This document shows, piece after piece, positions 11,315 to 25,593 of a stretch of 64,000 nt of DNA (positions within the stretch are counted from its first letter, which is position 1; each line of letters begins with the position of its first letter). The DNA lies in contig JAYWIR010000005.1 in assembly GCA_036172245.1 (NCBI GenBank), positions 558,001-622,000 of the forward strand, read 5' to 3'. The notes beneath the pieces were generated by a model that had not been told where the DNA came from, made no database searches, and was given only the letters and a program-made list of their open reading frames with translations. Source of the stretch: Raillietiella orientalis. Lineage: Eukaryota. The translations under genes were made by a program, and so were the position numbers.

Positions 11315-14300
11315 CTGAATTAATTAAGGCCAAATCGAATTTGGTGCACAGTTTTACATTCTAGTTCACTTCATATAACTTTTCTTGTTCCCTTGGTTTG
11401 GGACAACACTTAAAATGGGGATATAAGTGTTAAATACGGCACAATAACAACTGACCACGTAACCACAGCACGTTTCTCATATAAAACTTACGAATCATGA
11501 AATGCTTTCAGAGACCTCAAGTATTATTAACCACAAACCACGATCGTATATAGCAATACAATCATCGCAATAAATAGTTGCCCGAAGGAGCCAAATACCA
11601 TTACATGGCCCTTAACATGAATGATTGAATGCCTTGCCTAGCGCAACGTAAAACACTCAAAGAGAAGCAAGGATACCAAGATCATGTTCAAAATACGTGC
11701 TGCAATTTGACTTCTTTTTCAAGTCGATCATCTATTTAGAAGATCGACCTTCCAAATAGATGGGCGCTTTGGACCAGCACACACTTGGCTGACAAATGTG
11801 GCATTGGCACTCGGAAAAATAAAATAATTGTGAAACATCTGAAATAAAAGTTTTTATTGCAAAGGTTTTCTTACATTAACTGCAATTTAAGAATTCCAGG
11901 AAAAAATGCACATTTTCAAATTTACATTTTTTAATTATTTCAGGAAATTATTAAACTGGCTTTGGAAGCTTTTATCATCATATATACAGAATCTATGAAA
12001 TGCGAAAATTTATAACATGTCTTAGCACTTTTCAGGTCTTTTACTTGGAAGAACACAGAAGCATGAGCCTTTTACTTTTGATTCACTTAAACATTATAAA
12101 AACTTCTAAGTCTATAGATAGAGGAATTATAAAGTGGTCCGGTCTATATGGAAGTATTTAATTTACATTTTAAGATTCGTTGAATACACTGTTCCCAGTG
12201 GAAGTTTAAAAAAAGAAAATGATACTATTTGTTATTTGTTCACAACCTGGTTCTTTCAGAATTACAGCTTGCAATTTACACTTTGCATAGTCTTCATATG
12301 CAATGTTCATAAATTTCCAAATGCGTTTAATGTAAAAGCAAGATGGTAAACATTAGAAAAATTGATAAAAACATGGGGAAAAGGCTGATCTGACGTCCAA
12401 GTTACTGAATTTGAATCCTGATTCGTCTTGATACTATTCCTCCCTAGTCATTTTTTTTTTTTTAATTCATTCTGTGTACGAATCGAAGGTTTCAGTTCAT
12501 TTTCAAGTGTTTGCGTTTTGCGTAAACTTAGCGATTTAAATAAAGAAGTCTATCAACGGTGCATTGATTGAACTTAAAATGCATGCATTAGAAAATTAAC
12601 AGGAAAATTATCTAATTTTCCCAAAATATACACCTTAAACACACAACTTAAGTATCGTGCCATTATTATGAAACGCATTTACCCTTATTTTCAAACTTGA
12701 AAGACTTAAGGAGCAATATTAGTTGGAAGAAATGTTCCACCAGAGAACAAAGAAAACAAATACGCATCTCCGAAAGAGTAAATGAAAAAAGATCGGAATT
12801 TTTACAACGCAAAATAAGAGGAAAACTGAATGGTGCAAATATGTTAATTTACATTCTGCAATTTCAATAAGAAGACAGAAAAAAGGGGCAAAAACAATGT
12901 TTTTCACAAGAAGCGAACTGAAAATCAAAGAAATCATCAGCACAGTAAAAGGACTTATGGATTTTATGCATGTGTGCGAAAATTTTAAAATTCTTTCATT
13001 CAGAAACAGAGGATAAATGCTGAGGGTTTCAGGACATAACACAAGAATACAGGGGTCCACTAAGTGTTTCTGAATATCAAAAGTTGTTACGAGATTGATT
13101 TCTTTAAAAGACAAACTGAAAATGGTTTGGTGTGAGGAGGGATTTCGAACCAGATGTCACATCAGATCTATTCTAAAATGGGAAAAACAAATTGCTCTGT
13201 GTACACATCTTAGAATGAAGTTTAGGTGAAGAAAACCGGAAGTGGGATGCGCTCGTTAAACAGAAGACGTCAACAAAATCTGAGTGATTAACTAGGAATA
13301 TTTAGAATTTTAGAAAACGGGTGTGGAGACCCAAAAAAGTGAACATCTCACGGGTACAGCATACTTTTTTTTAAAAAAAAAGAAGTCAAAAATGGATCTT
13401 TAATTTTAATGAAATGCATCTTGAAGGCATTCCAGATGGTTCGTTTTTTAATAGCATGAGAAGGGAAACTCAATAGGATTATGGGCTTCGAGATCCTTGA
13501 GCGAAAACGCATCTGGATGTCATCAGCAAACAATGATGTCTGCAAATTGATGCCGTGGTCCTTGGACCACGGCTAGAGAGCACGAGGGTAATGAATGGAC
13601 GGCATTTTATATGTGTATTCGTACTTCGTGAATTTATCTGTTCGAGCCAAATGGAATAGAAATGGCCTTAGAAAAGGGGGAAAAAATACACACACACACA
13701 TATATACACCTAAAAGAGCCTTTTACGTAAGTTATTTACGATGCTCGAAACGAAAGCGAAGGCCATTTCCAGGCAGAAGATGACGCCTAGGCAGTCTGAA
13801 TAGACAGGAGTAAAGAGAGCGCGCAAGCAAAACAAAAACCATGCTAAACTGGGTCTACAGTGGAAGCACTTACGTTCAATTCAGATACACGAGGAAAGTC
13901 CAGTTCGGGCAAATCCCCTGCGGTTCCGTATGCAGGCAAAGATCGGACAAATCACCGAGGTAGGAACCCCAGAATCCGCTTGCCGGATTGCGGTGATCGG
14001 ATTCGATCCTTCTTCACAAACAGATCACTTATCTCACTCCCTATTATGTCCTTCACATGCGATATGCCCAGAAGAGTTCTCGGTAAGTGGATCTAGAGTC
14101 ACTTGTAAACAGGTGGAGCATTTCCTCGATTGGGTAGCTCCCACTATAAATCATGTGTTCTGCACTGTGTGCCCCTTCAGGCATGCTGATTCAGCTGCGA
14201 GAATGCCTGCCTTAGATCTTTGGCAACATCCCTGAGCAGTGTATCCGGGTTTAGTGTAAACACATGCTATGAAAACATCATTTACGATGTCTGCTAGGAC

Positions 14301-17300
14301 ACTGCGACCCATCACTGATGAAGTAATAGCATAAATCACCACTGACACCAACTGGACGCACAAAAGGATTGGCGAAATCATCTGATAACTTGCTCATCAA
14401 AGTTGGATTGTGTTTACATTAGCAGCGCCCTTTGAAAAATGAGCAAGCCCAATGGCTTCCATGCACCGTGCTCGGGGAGCAAGAGAACAAGAAGAAGCAA
14501 GAGAAGGAAGTGATGAAAAGGTGCCACCACAGGATGACAGAGCTAAAAGCTTGTTTTCCCCTCCCTCGCTCTCCTACCTTCCCTAGGCGGTAGAACGGGG
14601 ATCTGGATGTAACAATTTCCCCGCCAAGCTCCCTACTTCCCTTTCAGCAGCTGCTCAGAGAGTCACGTGAAGAAGCAGGTGGTTTGTCCTGCTTCGCTCT
14701 TCTGGAGAACAGTTGGCAGTGCTCCCCGTGGGAACACGCGGGCAGCCTGCACGGTGCTGACCTGTCGACAAAATCGGGGACTTCCGACCACCGTTACGCC
14801 AAGTTCCAAAGCTCTCTGAGAGCCAGCGGATTCGCCTGGCAAGGACGCCACTCCTGGAGACCAACACGCCACTCTCGAATCGATCCTTCCTCCCGCGCTT
14901 TTCCCGCGCGTCATGAGTAGCGAAAGTGGACAGTGTTCGTGCAGGTTCTTCCTGTCTGTTTGGTGCACACGAGCACGGGCCACATGAGAATCTATCACCT
15001 GTGTTGCAAAGTCCATCAGAAGCGCAAATAATCAGTTGGCTTTTGAAATGGTTTACTGATTTTTAGATTCGTCTCGGAAATACATGTGAGAAGATAGTTG
15101 CACAGCGGCCGCGGCGAGGATGCCGCTCAAGGATACGGCGCGCATGCGCTGCGATCGAGTAGGCTACTGAACGCACAGCTGCTGAAACTGCTTCAACGTC
15201 TGCCCGTTATCAGCCCTGTGGGTGTGGCAGGGAGCTGACCGAGGTGCACCCGCCCACGGCGTCTCCCTCGACGGCCGGGGCGCGTGACCCGCCCCTCTCG
15301 TTCCCGCGCTTTGCCGCGGGAGCTCCGTTTGACCGTCTGAGGATCTGCGGCAGAAGACCGGGAGGGTGCGCTCTGCAACGCCCCGTGGCCGTTGAAGGTC
15401 AACCGCCAGGAGGATGAAGAGAAGGATCCAGAGTCAGCCGAAGAGCATGGCTTTCCTCCTCGCGCGCCTGCCCGTTCGAGACAGCCGCCGGGCGAGGCGG
15501 CAGCGCTTACCCGTTTCCATGACGATTGCTTCGTTTCAGCCGCTGGAGGAAGCCGTCCGTTTCCCGCTTGCTCTTGCCGCTGCTATGCGTACGTGGCGAC
15601 GAGGGCCTGGGGAAGGAGGGGGGGACATGACCCCTGCTCGCGGAGCGCATGCGCGCGCTCTGCTTCTCTCTCCCGAGGTACGGACCATGCAGCAGCGGGG
15701 GGAATTCGAGGTCACCTTTCGAGATGAGGTTCACTAGGGGGGGGGGGCGAGCCTTTTCCGGAAGCTTCTAGGATCCCCTGGTCCTTGCGGCGGATACATC
15801 GAGGAGGAGGGACTCCCGATCCCTCCGACTGCGCAAGGAGACGGCAAGGATAGGGGGAGGGGGCGATGTTTTTTATCCCGCCCATGACTGCCAGCAGGAG
15901 ACTAGGGGCCCGGCAGGCCACGGGCGGAACGGGGATGAAGTGGGATGCACGGGAAATCTCCTCCCTTTTTACCGGCCGACATGAGCAGCGATGCCAGACT
16001 GGGGAGGTCGCGGAAAGCGGCGCGTTTTTCGGCGCGCACCTCTCGTGGGCTCGACAGGCTTCACCGTTGCCATGGCCAGCGAGCGGGTCGCCTGGAATCC
16101 GGTTTCCATTGTGGCCGGGAAGGAAAAACGAAATGAAGTGAAATAAGCTCTTCGTCGGAAGCGCGCGCTCAGCTAAGCAGTGCTCTTCTTCAGTCACGAA
16201 GACAAAGAGATTTTTTTTTTTTTTCACCCGGTCACGTGCCGGGAAGACAGGAGGAATCGACTCCGGGTGGCCGAACCCTCCTGCTGCTCCACGAGAGACT
16301 CTTGGCAGCGACGCGCAAAATTGGCTTTGCTTGAGGCAGAGAGCAGGGCACTGAGCGGTTCCCCTGAGAACAGCGAGCGCGCCCCAAGTCTTCCAAGATC
16401 TGGTCTCCGAGACCCCTCATAATTAGCGCAGAGTCATCCGAAAGACAGACCAAGGTGGAAGAGGGGACCGTAGGGAACCTTTTTGTCACAGGGAGTCTGT
16501 CGTGTTCGTTTCGTTCTTGCTGCGGACCACAGTTTTATTTACAGCGAACGGCAACTCTGAATATTTCGTATATATTTTTTTTTTTACGCAAAACTAATGT
16601 CTTTTAATTTAACCGCTCCAAAACTATGAGGCCAGAGAGTCCCACGGTAAGTTGGTTAAAATTTCTCTGAGAGCTTCACAAAAAAGCGCCGGCGGATCAT
16701 AGAATAGATGCTCCTCATACTTCTACACTGTAGAATCTCAAAATGAATTAATGAGCTCATCCTTCTGTCTCAGTTAGGCCGAGCACTGTGCTCTTTCAAA
16801 ATGGTTTCTTTTTAAGCAAGACCAAAGGCCGTAAACTTTTGTTTACCGCTCTCAGATTCCCTGTTGCAATAACTCCGAGAACATTTTGCATCCAGAGAGT
16901 AGATCTGCAAGATTTACCGACATTTACCGACATTCTTTACATTTTTTTCAAAACAAGATTCCAACCAGAGATTCTAACGAAAGAAAAATGCTACGTGAAA
17001 GTGGTGCGTAGTGCTGGTGATAGTTTTTCCGAATGTCCACTGCATCTCCCACTATTGTATTGAGGTATTGAGGCTGTCGTATTTGCTAGCGACATTTCAC
17101 ATTTGCAGCCAACCACACTTCAGCGTACAATCTTCAGCTGTCAGAGCATGCTAGGCGTCGGTACAGATTTGCGATCCAGATAGTCTCATTCCGATGTAGA
17201 GTTACAGAGCATTTCGTCTTTTGTTCCAGATGAAGCTACCCGGAACGATGAGGCAATGCAGAAGCAGCGTGACAACTAAGTCAACGAAGTGGTCAGCGAA

Positions 17301-18099
17301 GCCTCGTTCTATTTTCCCGCTGCTCCGCAACACTCTCTCCACGCCTAAGGTTTCCGTATGCCACTTGAAACGGATGGAGCAGTGCACTTTTTCCGATTAC
17401 TGATTTTGCTTGTAGAGTTTGGTATTACGAATGCTCGTGCCGGAAGTTGGCGGATGCAAAAGTAGCCGCTTGCTTTTCGCGCGCGCTTGCGCAATGGCCG
17501 AAGCGAGGGTAAAGTTCCCAGCAGGGAAAAAGAAGGAAAAAAAAAAAAAAAATGAAAACTTGCAAAGTTGATTTGAAAACCAAGTTTTATTTTTCGAAAC
17601 GATCGAACTGAGTTTCCAGAACGAAGATGTGCGTTTCGCGAGTGATGTGTCTCCTGGGAACGTGTGAGATTTTCCGCCTCGCAGCCTGCTGTGCACACGT
17701 TGAAGGGAATCGCTTTGCAAGCTTTCGTGGCGGTGACCTCTGTGCACTTCACCAGCAGATGGGAATTCTCACACGATTCTCCCGTGTTGTGAACGGGTCC
17801 ACAGCATATAATGAACATCGTTCGAATAAGCTGGATTGCTGAGCACAGTAATGCTAATAAGGTATGTGTGTATGAAATGTGGGAAAAGAGAGTCAAGCCC
17901 CCGAAACAAGGGCCGTTTATTCGCAGGGTGCACGTCGGTGCTCGCAATCGCGTACAAAGGATTTCGCGATGAAAGTGAGGTTCCTGCTTTGCTAGCCGTT
18001 CTTGGGGAACCCTGCAGCGAGAGCGGCGAAGAAGGATACCGAGGTTGCAGAGCTCGGGGTGCGCTTCCCCCCTGAGGAGAGTCACTCCGATGAGCCACG

Positions 18100-18285
18100 T
18101 GATTCCGAAGTCGCCATTCACCACCCGAGGGGTGCGGCTCCTGCCGGCGAGAGCCTTCCCCTGAATCTCCGGCACGAGGTGCCAAGCTGGAGCATGGCCG
18201 TATCCCCCGGACTGCCGCCCCGTATTCGTGGGCAGGGAGATCATCACGAGGCGCGATCACACCTGCGAGGCTGGCGGACCAGACC
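18100..18285 (+). mobile_element. Possible decayed FLYWCH-type zinc finger (MULE-like transposon remnant)
   Basis: One frame reads FTTRGVRLL..AFP*..C..W..DC...EIITRRDHTC, loosely matching the FLYWCH pattern, and contains a stop codon. Confidence 0.22.
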
Positions 18286-21200
18286 TGCACTTTGCTGCCC
18301 ACGTTCCTGCGGTGGCAAGGGATGCACCGGCGCTGATGTCACCGAGGTCTGCTCGTTACCAGACCTGCGGAAGCGCTGCCCCCTGGGCCGAGTCACGACA
18401 GTTTCCCGTGATGCTGCAGAGAGTGGTGTACACCCTGCTCATGTGCTGCTGCCGGGAGGTCATCGGAGCCGTCGGGTCACAGGGCAACAACCATCAGGAA
18501 GGGGATGCCCCTCCCGTACAACAACGGCCATCCATCTTCGCCCGGACTGCGCCAGCAGGGTGGGAGAAACCTCGCTGAAGGTCGTTCGCTCCAGCTACGC
18601 CCGGACCGTGGGAGCCGAGTTGGTGGTGATGCTGGAGCTCCCCGGGGGCGTTTCGCGGAAAGAAACCAGCCAACCCTCACTTGGAACTGCTTCTGGGCCG
18701 AGCTTCAAACCACCCTCGAGGGTCCCGAAGATCACCAAGGATCTCGGGCCTGGTGAACCAGAAGCCCTTCTTCGAAAAGTGCTTGAAGCTGGTCCGACAC
18801 GCCCGGAGAAAGGAGCGACGTCACGAGTTCAGGGGTTTCGACCCATCTGAAGACTGCGGCACTTCTGCACTGCGGTGCCGGCGAGAGGAACCCAACACCA
18901 CTACCTTGCGGAGGACCGAAACCAGACGAGGCTGCGCGTCCTACCCTGAAAGGACTTGATTACGGCGTGACGACGAATGACGTCACTCGCGGAGCGAGCG
19001 ATTTGCAATCTTAAAGGGCGAAAGAACAAAAGCCTGATTTTGACAGATTTGTTTTCAAAAAAACAAAAGTAAAGAAAAATCTCCTCTTGGAGCTTGAGTG
19101 CTTTCCTCTTTTTTTTCCTTGAACAAACAAGCGCAAAGTGCAAATGCAATGCCCATGATTCATCAAGAGGAATCTCTTGATGAATGTTGAGCAGATTAAA
19201 GTCAAGCCACGTGCTTGCAGATGCACTGTCTGGGCGCTGTTATGGGGACGGTCCGGATTCCAGCGGCGATGCCACTCTCTTAAGTAAGTAAGCAATACTT
19301 TTTGCATTTGGCCCCCCCTCCCGCACTTGCGATGGACGCAGCTTTTTTTCGTCTCTGTCGATGCTAGCGGCTCTCTCGGTAGCCACGCGTTGTGCCTTTT
19401 TGCGCGTTGGACCACGTGCGGGGCCCGGGCCGCTGGCGGATCCGGGAGAGGGGGCGTCGCCCGTCGTGAGCGGGCGGGCATCCCCCGATCCCAGCGCTGA
19501 TGAAGGTGCGCGGATCCGCGTGCGCTCAAACCGGCGTCGCCCGCGAATGTTTCGCCTCCGGGTGTGACGCGCAGTTTTGCGAGGCCCGATTTACCGCCCG
19601 GCGTGCGAAAAATCCTCCCCCCCGTGCCGACCCCCCGTGCCTTTGGGGAGGGGAGAGGGCGAAAACAGCCGGAGGGAGCCCCCCGCCCACCGACCCCTTC
19701 CTTGCAGCAGCAGCGCACCGCAGCGCGCTGGTGGCCGTTCGCGGACCAACAAACACCGCCGCCGCTGCGAATTTGTTAGCCGCCGGTTGCCATGTCGGCT
19801 CGCGTGCGCGGTGGGGGAGGGGGGGGGGGTGCAATTGTTGCCGTCCGTTTCGCTTCATGTTTTTTTTTTTTCTTTGCCAAGGTGACGAGCGTGGCACGAC
19901 TCACGACGCAGCGTCAAAAAAAAAAAATAAATAAAAAAAAACGGAAAAAATAAGAAAAAAGAAAAGCTGGACATTTCGACGACAGAATGAAAATTCGTTC
20001 GTTCGTTCGCGGCTCCCCTTGGATCGGGAGGTACAAATGCGCGGGCGCACCTCGCCTAGCAATCAGTGCCGTGCGCGTTTCCAAGACCGAGGGTGAGCGT
20101 CGTGCACATCCCTTAAAAATTTCGGCAGGGTGTGCTCTGACACTTTGCCACGGCATGTCCTCCCAGCAGGTGTGCGCCGGGAACGGGAGCACCGAGCGAC
20201 GGTCAGGGATCCCCTAGCCTGCGGAAGCTGCAAAGGTACATTTCGAAAAGTTTCTCCCGCGCGGGGATCGCTACGTGGCGCGCGCGTTCCCTCCTCCCCC
20301 CCCCCCCCGGCGCCTGGGAAAGCTCCCCCCTCTCCTGCCTCGCGTCTGCGATGGTGGTGACCAGCGGCGGGGAGAGCTGCGCGGACTCGAGGTTTGGAGG
20401 TGACCGAAACGAAAGCCCCTGCGGAGCAGAATTTTTTTTCCTCCCCCCTTTTTCCTCTTTCGCCCTTTCCTCCGTTTCATCTGCGGCGGGCTGCAAATTC
20501 CTCCGAGAAAGGCGAAGTTCGAGCGATCTTGGCGTGGCCAGAGGGAGAGAGAAGAAACGCGCGCGCGCGCACATACTTCTTGGATTCTTGCGATGCTTCC
20601 TCGTCTTGTGTCTTTTTTCTCTCCCCATCACTTTGGATATTCGATTGCGTTCGTCACTGCCCGGCGGAAAGAGATGCCAGGTGTAGCAGCAGCGTGTGTC
20701 ATCCGTCGGTTTCTGTGGGGAGTTATCTGAATTCCTCGAACGTGAGTCGGGCCCAGATAAGGCTCGTGGGTCCGACGCGTGCAGCGGAACGCCGAAGATG
20801 GGAGGGATGTCTTCTGCCGCGACCTTCGTCTCTCACGCGCTCCTCTTTTGAGGTGGTGGTGGCGGCGGCGGCGGCCTCTCTGGCGGGGGAGGCGCGTTCG
20901 TGTGCCTTTGCGGGGGATGGAGGGGGTTCCGTGATCCGCAGGTTCGTGTATACCACGTGTTCGTGAGGGTGGTCGGAAGAAACCTCCGTGGTTTCTTGCT
21001 CGCTTCTTGCGCGCCCTCCACAAAGCCTTTCTGGAAGGTTCTCGGGCTTGCCGATCTTCCGCTCCTCGATCGCCACCGGGGTTTCCGCATGTCGGCGCAG
21101 GGCGGGCCGTGCGGACTCGACTGCAGCAAGCAGTCCAGTGCACGTTTGTGTCGGGCCGAAGGTCGCGCGGCACAGTGGTCGTCCGCGACGCGGATGCTGT

Positions 21201-21974
21201 TGACCACCGCTCCTGGGATCGGATCGCCAGGTGGTGGTGGACAACGTATGTGTTCCCGGAAGGCTCGCCACGCCGGAAGATTGGGGAGATCCCGGGATGC
21301 TGGGACGCCATCTGCTCGGCGCCCGGAAAAGGCTGCCTGATATCGGACGAGTCCGGCAGCCCCTTCGGGGGACCTGGGGAGGGCTGGGTCGTGGTGGCTT
21401 CCTCCCCCCCCCCCCCCCCTTCTGCTGCCTGCGCAGCCGCCGACCGCTTCCCCTCCCGGATCGCGCGGCAGGGAGCAGGTCGGCAAACTTCCTCGCGCGC
21501 TCCTCGCGAGCAGGCGCGTTGGCTCCTGCCCGTGACACCTGTTGGCAGCATCCACTGCAAACCGACCGCCCCGGCAGGAACGTTTGGCTTTTCTGGAGGA
21601 GGAGCGAAGTTGCCGCCGATTCCGCAGCGACTCCGGAGCGCTCCGATCGTCGCGACGGTTCCGCAACGTCACCAGCCCTCCTCCCCCCTCCTCGCCCGGG
21701 TCCCTGCGAGAGGAGCGATGGCTGCAGGAGGGCGCGAAGTGGCCCGCTTAACCCCGTGTGTCGAGATCATCTGATTGGCGGAAGTGGGGGGCAGGTATTC
21801 CGCGCGCGCAGGGACGAGAAGGAAATGGCGAGGAGAGGGGAGGGGGGGGGGAGAAGTGTTCCCCGTTTCCCGCCTGCGGCATGCAGTCGCGCACTTCTGC
21901 CTGCCATGGGGTGCCTCGCTGGCACCGCGAGCGTCTTGGCCTGCCACCTGGCGTCACGCGTCCTGAAAGGGGGA

Positions 21975-22110
21975 GGGAGGAGGAAAGACGCAAAAGAGGT
22001 TGAAGGGATTTTTTGTCGGGAGGAGGAAAGACGCAAAAGAGGTTGAAGGGATTTTTTGTCGGGAGGAGGAAAGACGCAAAAGAGGTTGAAGAGATTTTTT
22101 GTCGGGAGGA
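21975..22110. repeat. Tandem repeat, 43-bp unit x ~3.2
   Basis: Unit GGGAGGAGGAAAGACGCAAAAGAGGTTGAAGGGATTTTTTGTC starts at 21975, 22018 and 22061, with a partial copy at 22104. There is one mismatch in copy 3 and no spacers. Confidence 0.97.
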
Positions 22111-25100
22111 AGGAAGAAAGAAGCGTTCGCACAGAAGTCACGTCGCTTGCCGTGCCATTGCCGCGCGTCCCTCCCGGACCTGTCGGCAGCCTTCCTTTCG
22201 CCGGGTGAGGAACCGAGCTTTTCCCACGCGCGCCGGGAGGCGGCCCGCCTGCCCGGGGCACTCAGCAGGCAACCCAGCTGCGAGGATACGGCGAGGGCAG
22301 CAGCCCTCATGCTCCTTCGGGCAGCCCTAAAATGCAGACCCGTGAAATGCAGAGAAACAAGTTTTCCTGCACGGCGGAAAAACGGCGCTTCCGCTGCCAC
22401 CGCCGTTGTTTGTTTGTTTTTTTTTTTTAGTTTGTTCTATTTATTTATTTTTTTACGTTTCGCTTTCGCTGCCTCATCCTCCTCGTCTACCCAGCTGCTC
22501 ATTTCGGTGACCAACGTGACCGAGGATCTGTGCTTTCCCTTCCAGCCCTCGAAACCTCCGGACGCTGCCACTTGGACCCGCGCCGCTGAACGATGCAGCA
22601 GCAGCCGACGGCAGCAACCAAGCACGCGGCGTCCTCTGAAAGCATCCCGACTGAAGGTAAAAAAAAAAAAAAAAAATTCTTGCGCGGACGCCCCTCGAGC
22701 GCCCAGCGCGGTGTCTCGCGCACCGTTCGCAGGGTCTCGCCACGATGCGCGCGCGCGCGGGGGGACGGCCATCTTGGGAGCGCAGAATCCCCCGGGATGG
22801 GTGGCGACGGTGAGCGGCCACGCCGGACGCCAGGGAGCGGAAAGGGAAGCACCGCGGAGGGAGGGCGCAGTCACGTGGTTGCGGGCGGCCCTCGAGGTCG
22901 TCTTCAAGGTCACCCGGGCTCCGACTGCAGCCGGCGAACGTCCACCGGTTCGTTCTTGCAGTGGTAGAGGCGACCACGGGACACACGTCGCGGAGGCCAG
23001 GAGGTGACGCGCAGGATCTCCCGCTCTCGGGGGTGGGAAGCAACGAAAGGAGGGCTGCTGCTGCTGTCCGTGGTCAAGCACGTGGCTGGCATTCCTTGGT
23101 GGCTGATGGAAGGTGGATGCCGCCGGTCTTTTCTTTTGTTTTCACTCTCCGCCGACAAAGTGCGGCCTTCTTCCGCTCGGGCGCGCCTCACATGAGCCGC
23201 TTCCGGTTTCAGAGTTTTCTCGCGGCCTGTGTGACACGGAAGTGCTCAAAGGACGTGGAGGCCGCCGAGGTGAATGGCGCGTTCTCACTGTCCCCTCCTC
23301 CTTTTCTTCCTTCCCTTCCTCCTCCTTCCCCCCCTCCCTCCCGCCTGCATTTGGAGCGGGAAAGCGGGCCACGCGGAGCCGCGCAGCGAGCTCAAGACGT
23401 GACGGCGCCCCTCCCCTCCCCCCCAGCAGCGCGGAGGAACTCGCGCCGCGGGAGGAGGCTGCCACGCGCGCACGCGACCTTTGGCGCGGTGAGGACGGGA
23501 CCTTCGGAAAAGCTGCCGTTCTCGTTTCGCCAGAGTTAGTGCGGCGGATCCGAAGGCGCCCGCAGTGGCTCAGGGCGCGTCTGGCTGGCGCTCGTTGCGG
23601 CGGCGGCGGCGCAAAGCGCAGCCTCTGCGTCTGCGGCTCCGTTCGCGATGCACCAGCGCGCGCGGAAACACCGCGCGAATCGCCTCGGCGTCCACGGAAC
23701 CACCACGTCCGCGACAGACGTCGCACGCGACTCTCCGAGCTTGGAGGGTCTCTGCGGGAGCAGGCGCCTGCTTGTGATGGCGCTGCTCCTCTTTGCTGGA
23801 GTCGCTGCCGGCCACTCTCCTGACCCGGTGCACCTTTTCCTCGCCCTGCCACCGCTGGACGCTCCAGTCTGGTGCTCTCGGAAGGAGGTAGGTAGGTGGG
23901 TTACTCGTGTCCCTCCTCCACGTGGACCTGCCGTCGCAGGAGGTCGCCCGCAGCGGCGGCGCAAGGGGAGAGGCCATCTTCCTGCTTCGGCGTCCGAGGA
24001 ACGGGGAGACTGCGTCCGGAGAGCGGCCCGGGTCGCGACCCGGATGCCCCGCCGCCGCGCACAACCTGCCGTCTCCGTGCAGGACTCTTCAAGGTCTTCC
24101 GGGACGCCACGAACTCGTGTGGAGGAAAGCGCCTAGTGGACGCATCGGTTCCGTTCCGCCTGAACTTCGTCCACTATTCCCTCTGTTGCGCCTACCCTCC
24201 TCTTCCTTCCTTCTCCGTGCGTGCGCGAGATCGCGCCGCAGACCCCGAGCGAGGGGGTCTGTGGCATCGCCGCGCGGAAGCGCAGGAAGCCGCCACCTCC
24301 CTTCCTTGCGCGGCAGATAGCGCGTCCCATACCGACGGCCAGCCCGTTTGCCTGCAAAGAAGGGTGGCAGCAGTACCGAAGAGGAGTCGGCCGGTACGCG
24401 GGCGTTCGCCCCCGAAGGCGTTTCGCGGCAGGAAGTGCAGGGGGCAGAGGTGCGCCGCACCTTCTCCCTCCTCGCGTCCGGCATCCCACCGTCATGCACA
24501 CCTCGCGGTGCCCCGTGCCGGCGAACGCGCGTTCGCTTGAGCGCAGCACTCTCGACGAGATGACACGCCTCGCGGACACAGCAGCCTCTCCCGCTCTCCT
24601 CTTTCTTGCGACGCGTCCCCCGGGCCTTCAAGTTCTCCAAACCATAGCAGCAGGACGAAGATGGTATCTCACCCGATTGCTACTCCGCGGAGCTGCTTCT
24701 TCCTCCCGGCTCCGTGGCGGAGCTGTGAAGGAAAAAGCAGAGTCCCTCGGCGCCCTTCCTGTTGCCGTCGCGCCGGTCGGCTCGCCGGAGCGATTCTGCT
24801 CTCTGGGGAACCCACCCGGGGCAGGGCGAACGGGAAGCAACGGAGAGTTTTCTGCGCCCGCGGGCGTGGAGAGGGATCGGTTGACAGAAAAAAACATGTG
24901 CTCATGAGCGGATTCGTCCGGCGGGGAAGGGAACCACGCAGTGGATCCGGGGCCGGGTTCATTCGTCTTGGTTTCGTCGTCGTCGTCGTCATCGTCGAAA
25001 TGGGGTTTCCGTTTCCGCCTGGTGCAACTCGTTGCCTCGCGACTGGCGGAGGAGGAGGGGGAAGTCTTTCACTCGAGCATGCCCCGGGGCGTTTCTTAGA

Positions 25101-25593
25101 TTAGAAAAAGACGAGGGTTTCCGGTGCTGGCCGCCCCTTCCTTTCGGAATTGGCGATCTCCGCCTTCACTCCTTCTTGTCTTCCGCTTCCTCTTCCTCCT
25201 CTCTTCTCCCAATTCCTCCTGGATTCATAGGGTGGTCCCTCCGTGGTATTCCCTATAACTTGAAGAGTGACACGCTTACCCTCGGGTGGCACAAACGGCG
25301 TGAAAGCCCTGTTCGTGAGTCCACCGCAGGTGGCGAGCAGTCCTTCAGTACTTGGCGGAGGATGGGTCTCAGGAAGGGAGAAGGGCCCCTGCCTCCTCCG
25401 GCCGACCGCGGCACCGGCGTCCTCGGCCCTCCCTGCGGCAGGCAGGTCCTCGAAGAGATAGCGACGCACTTCCTTCTGGTCTTCGGCAGCGGGCGGTCTC
25501 GTTGTGGGGGCACCTCCGCCGTCGCTTCGCTTTCCCTCCGACGCGGGTGGCGCGTCCGGAGCGATGTGCTGCTCACTCTGGTGTTCTCTTCAG

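Noticed and set aside
12700..15020. Possible decayed transposase or endonuclease fragments
   Set aside because: Similarity too faint to assign; no motif could be supported.
21975..22110. Regularly spaced repeats resembling a CRISPR array
   Set aside because: Units are contiguous with no unique spacers, the context is eukaryotic and no cas genes are present.
15100..25500. Dozens of overlapping 60-310 aa ORFs
   Set aside because: Arg/Pro/Ala/Gly-rich shadow ORFs expected from high GC, with no domain motifs or consistent splice structure.
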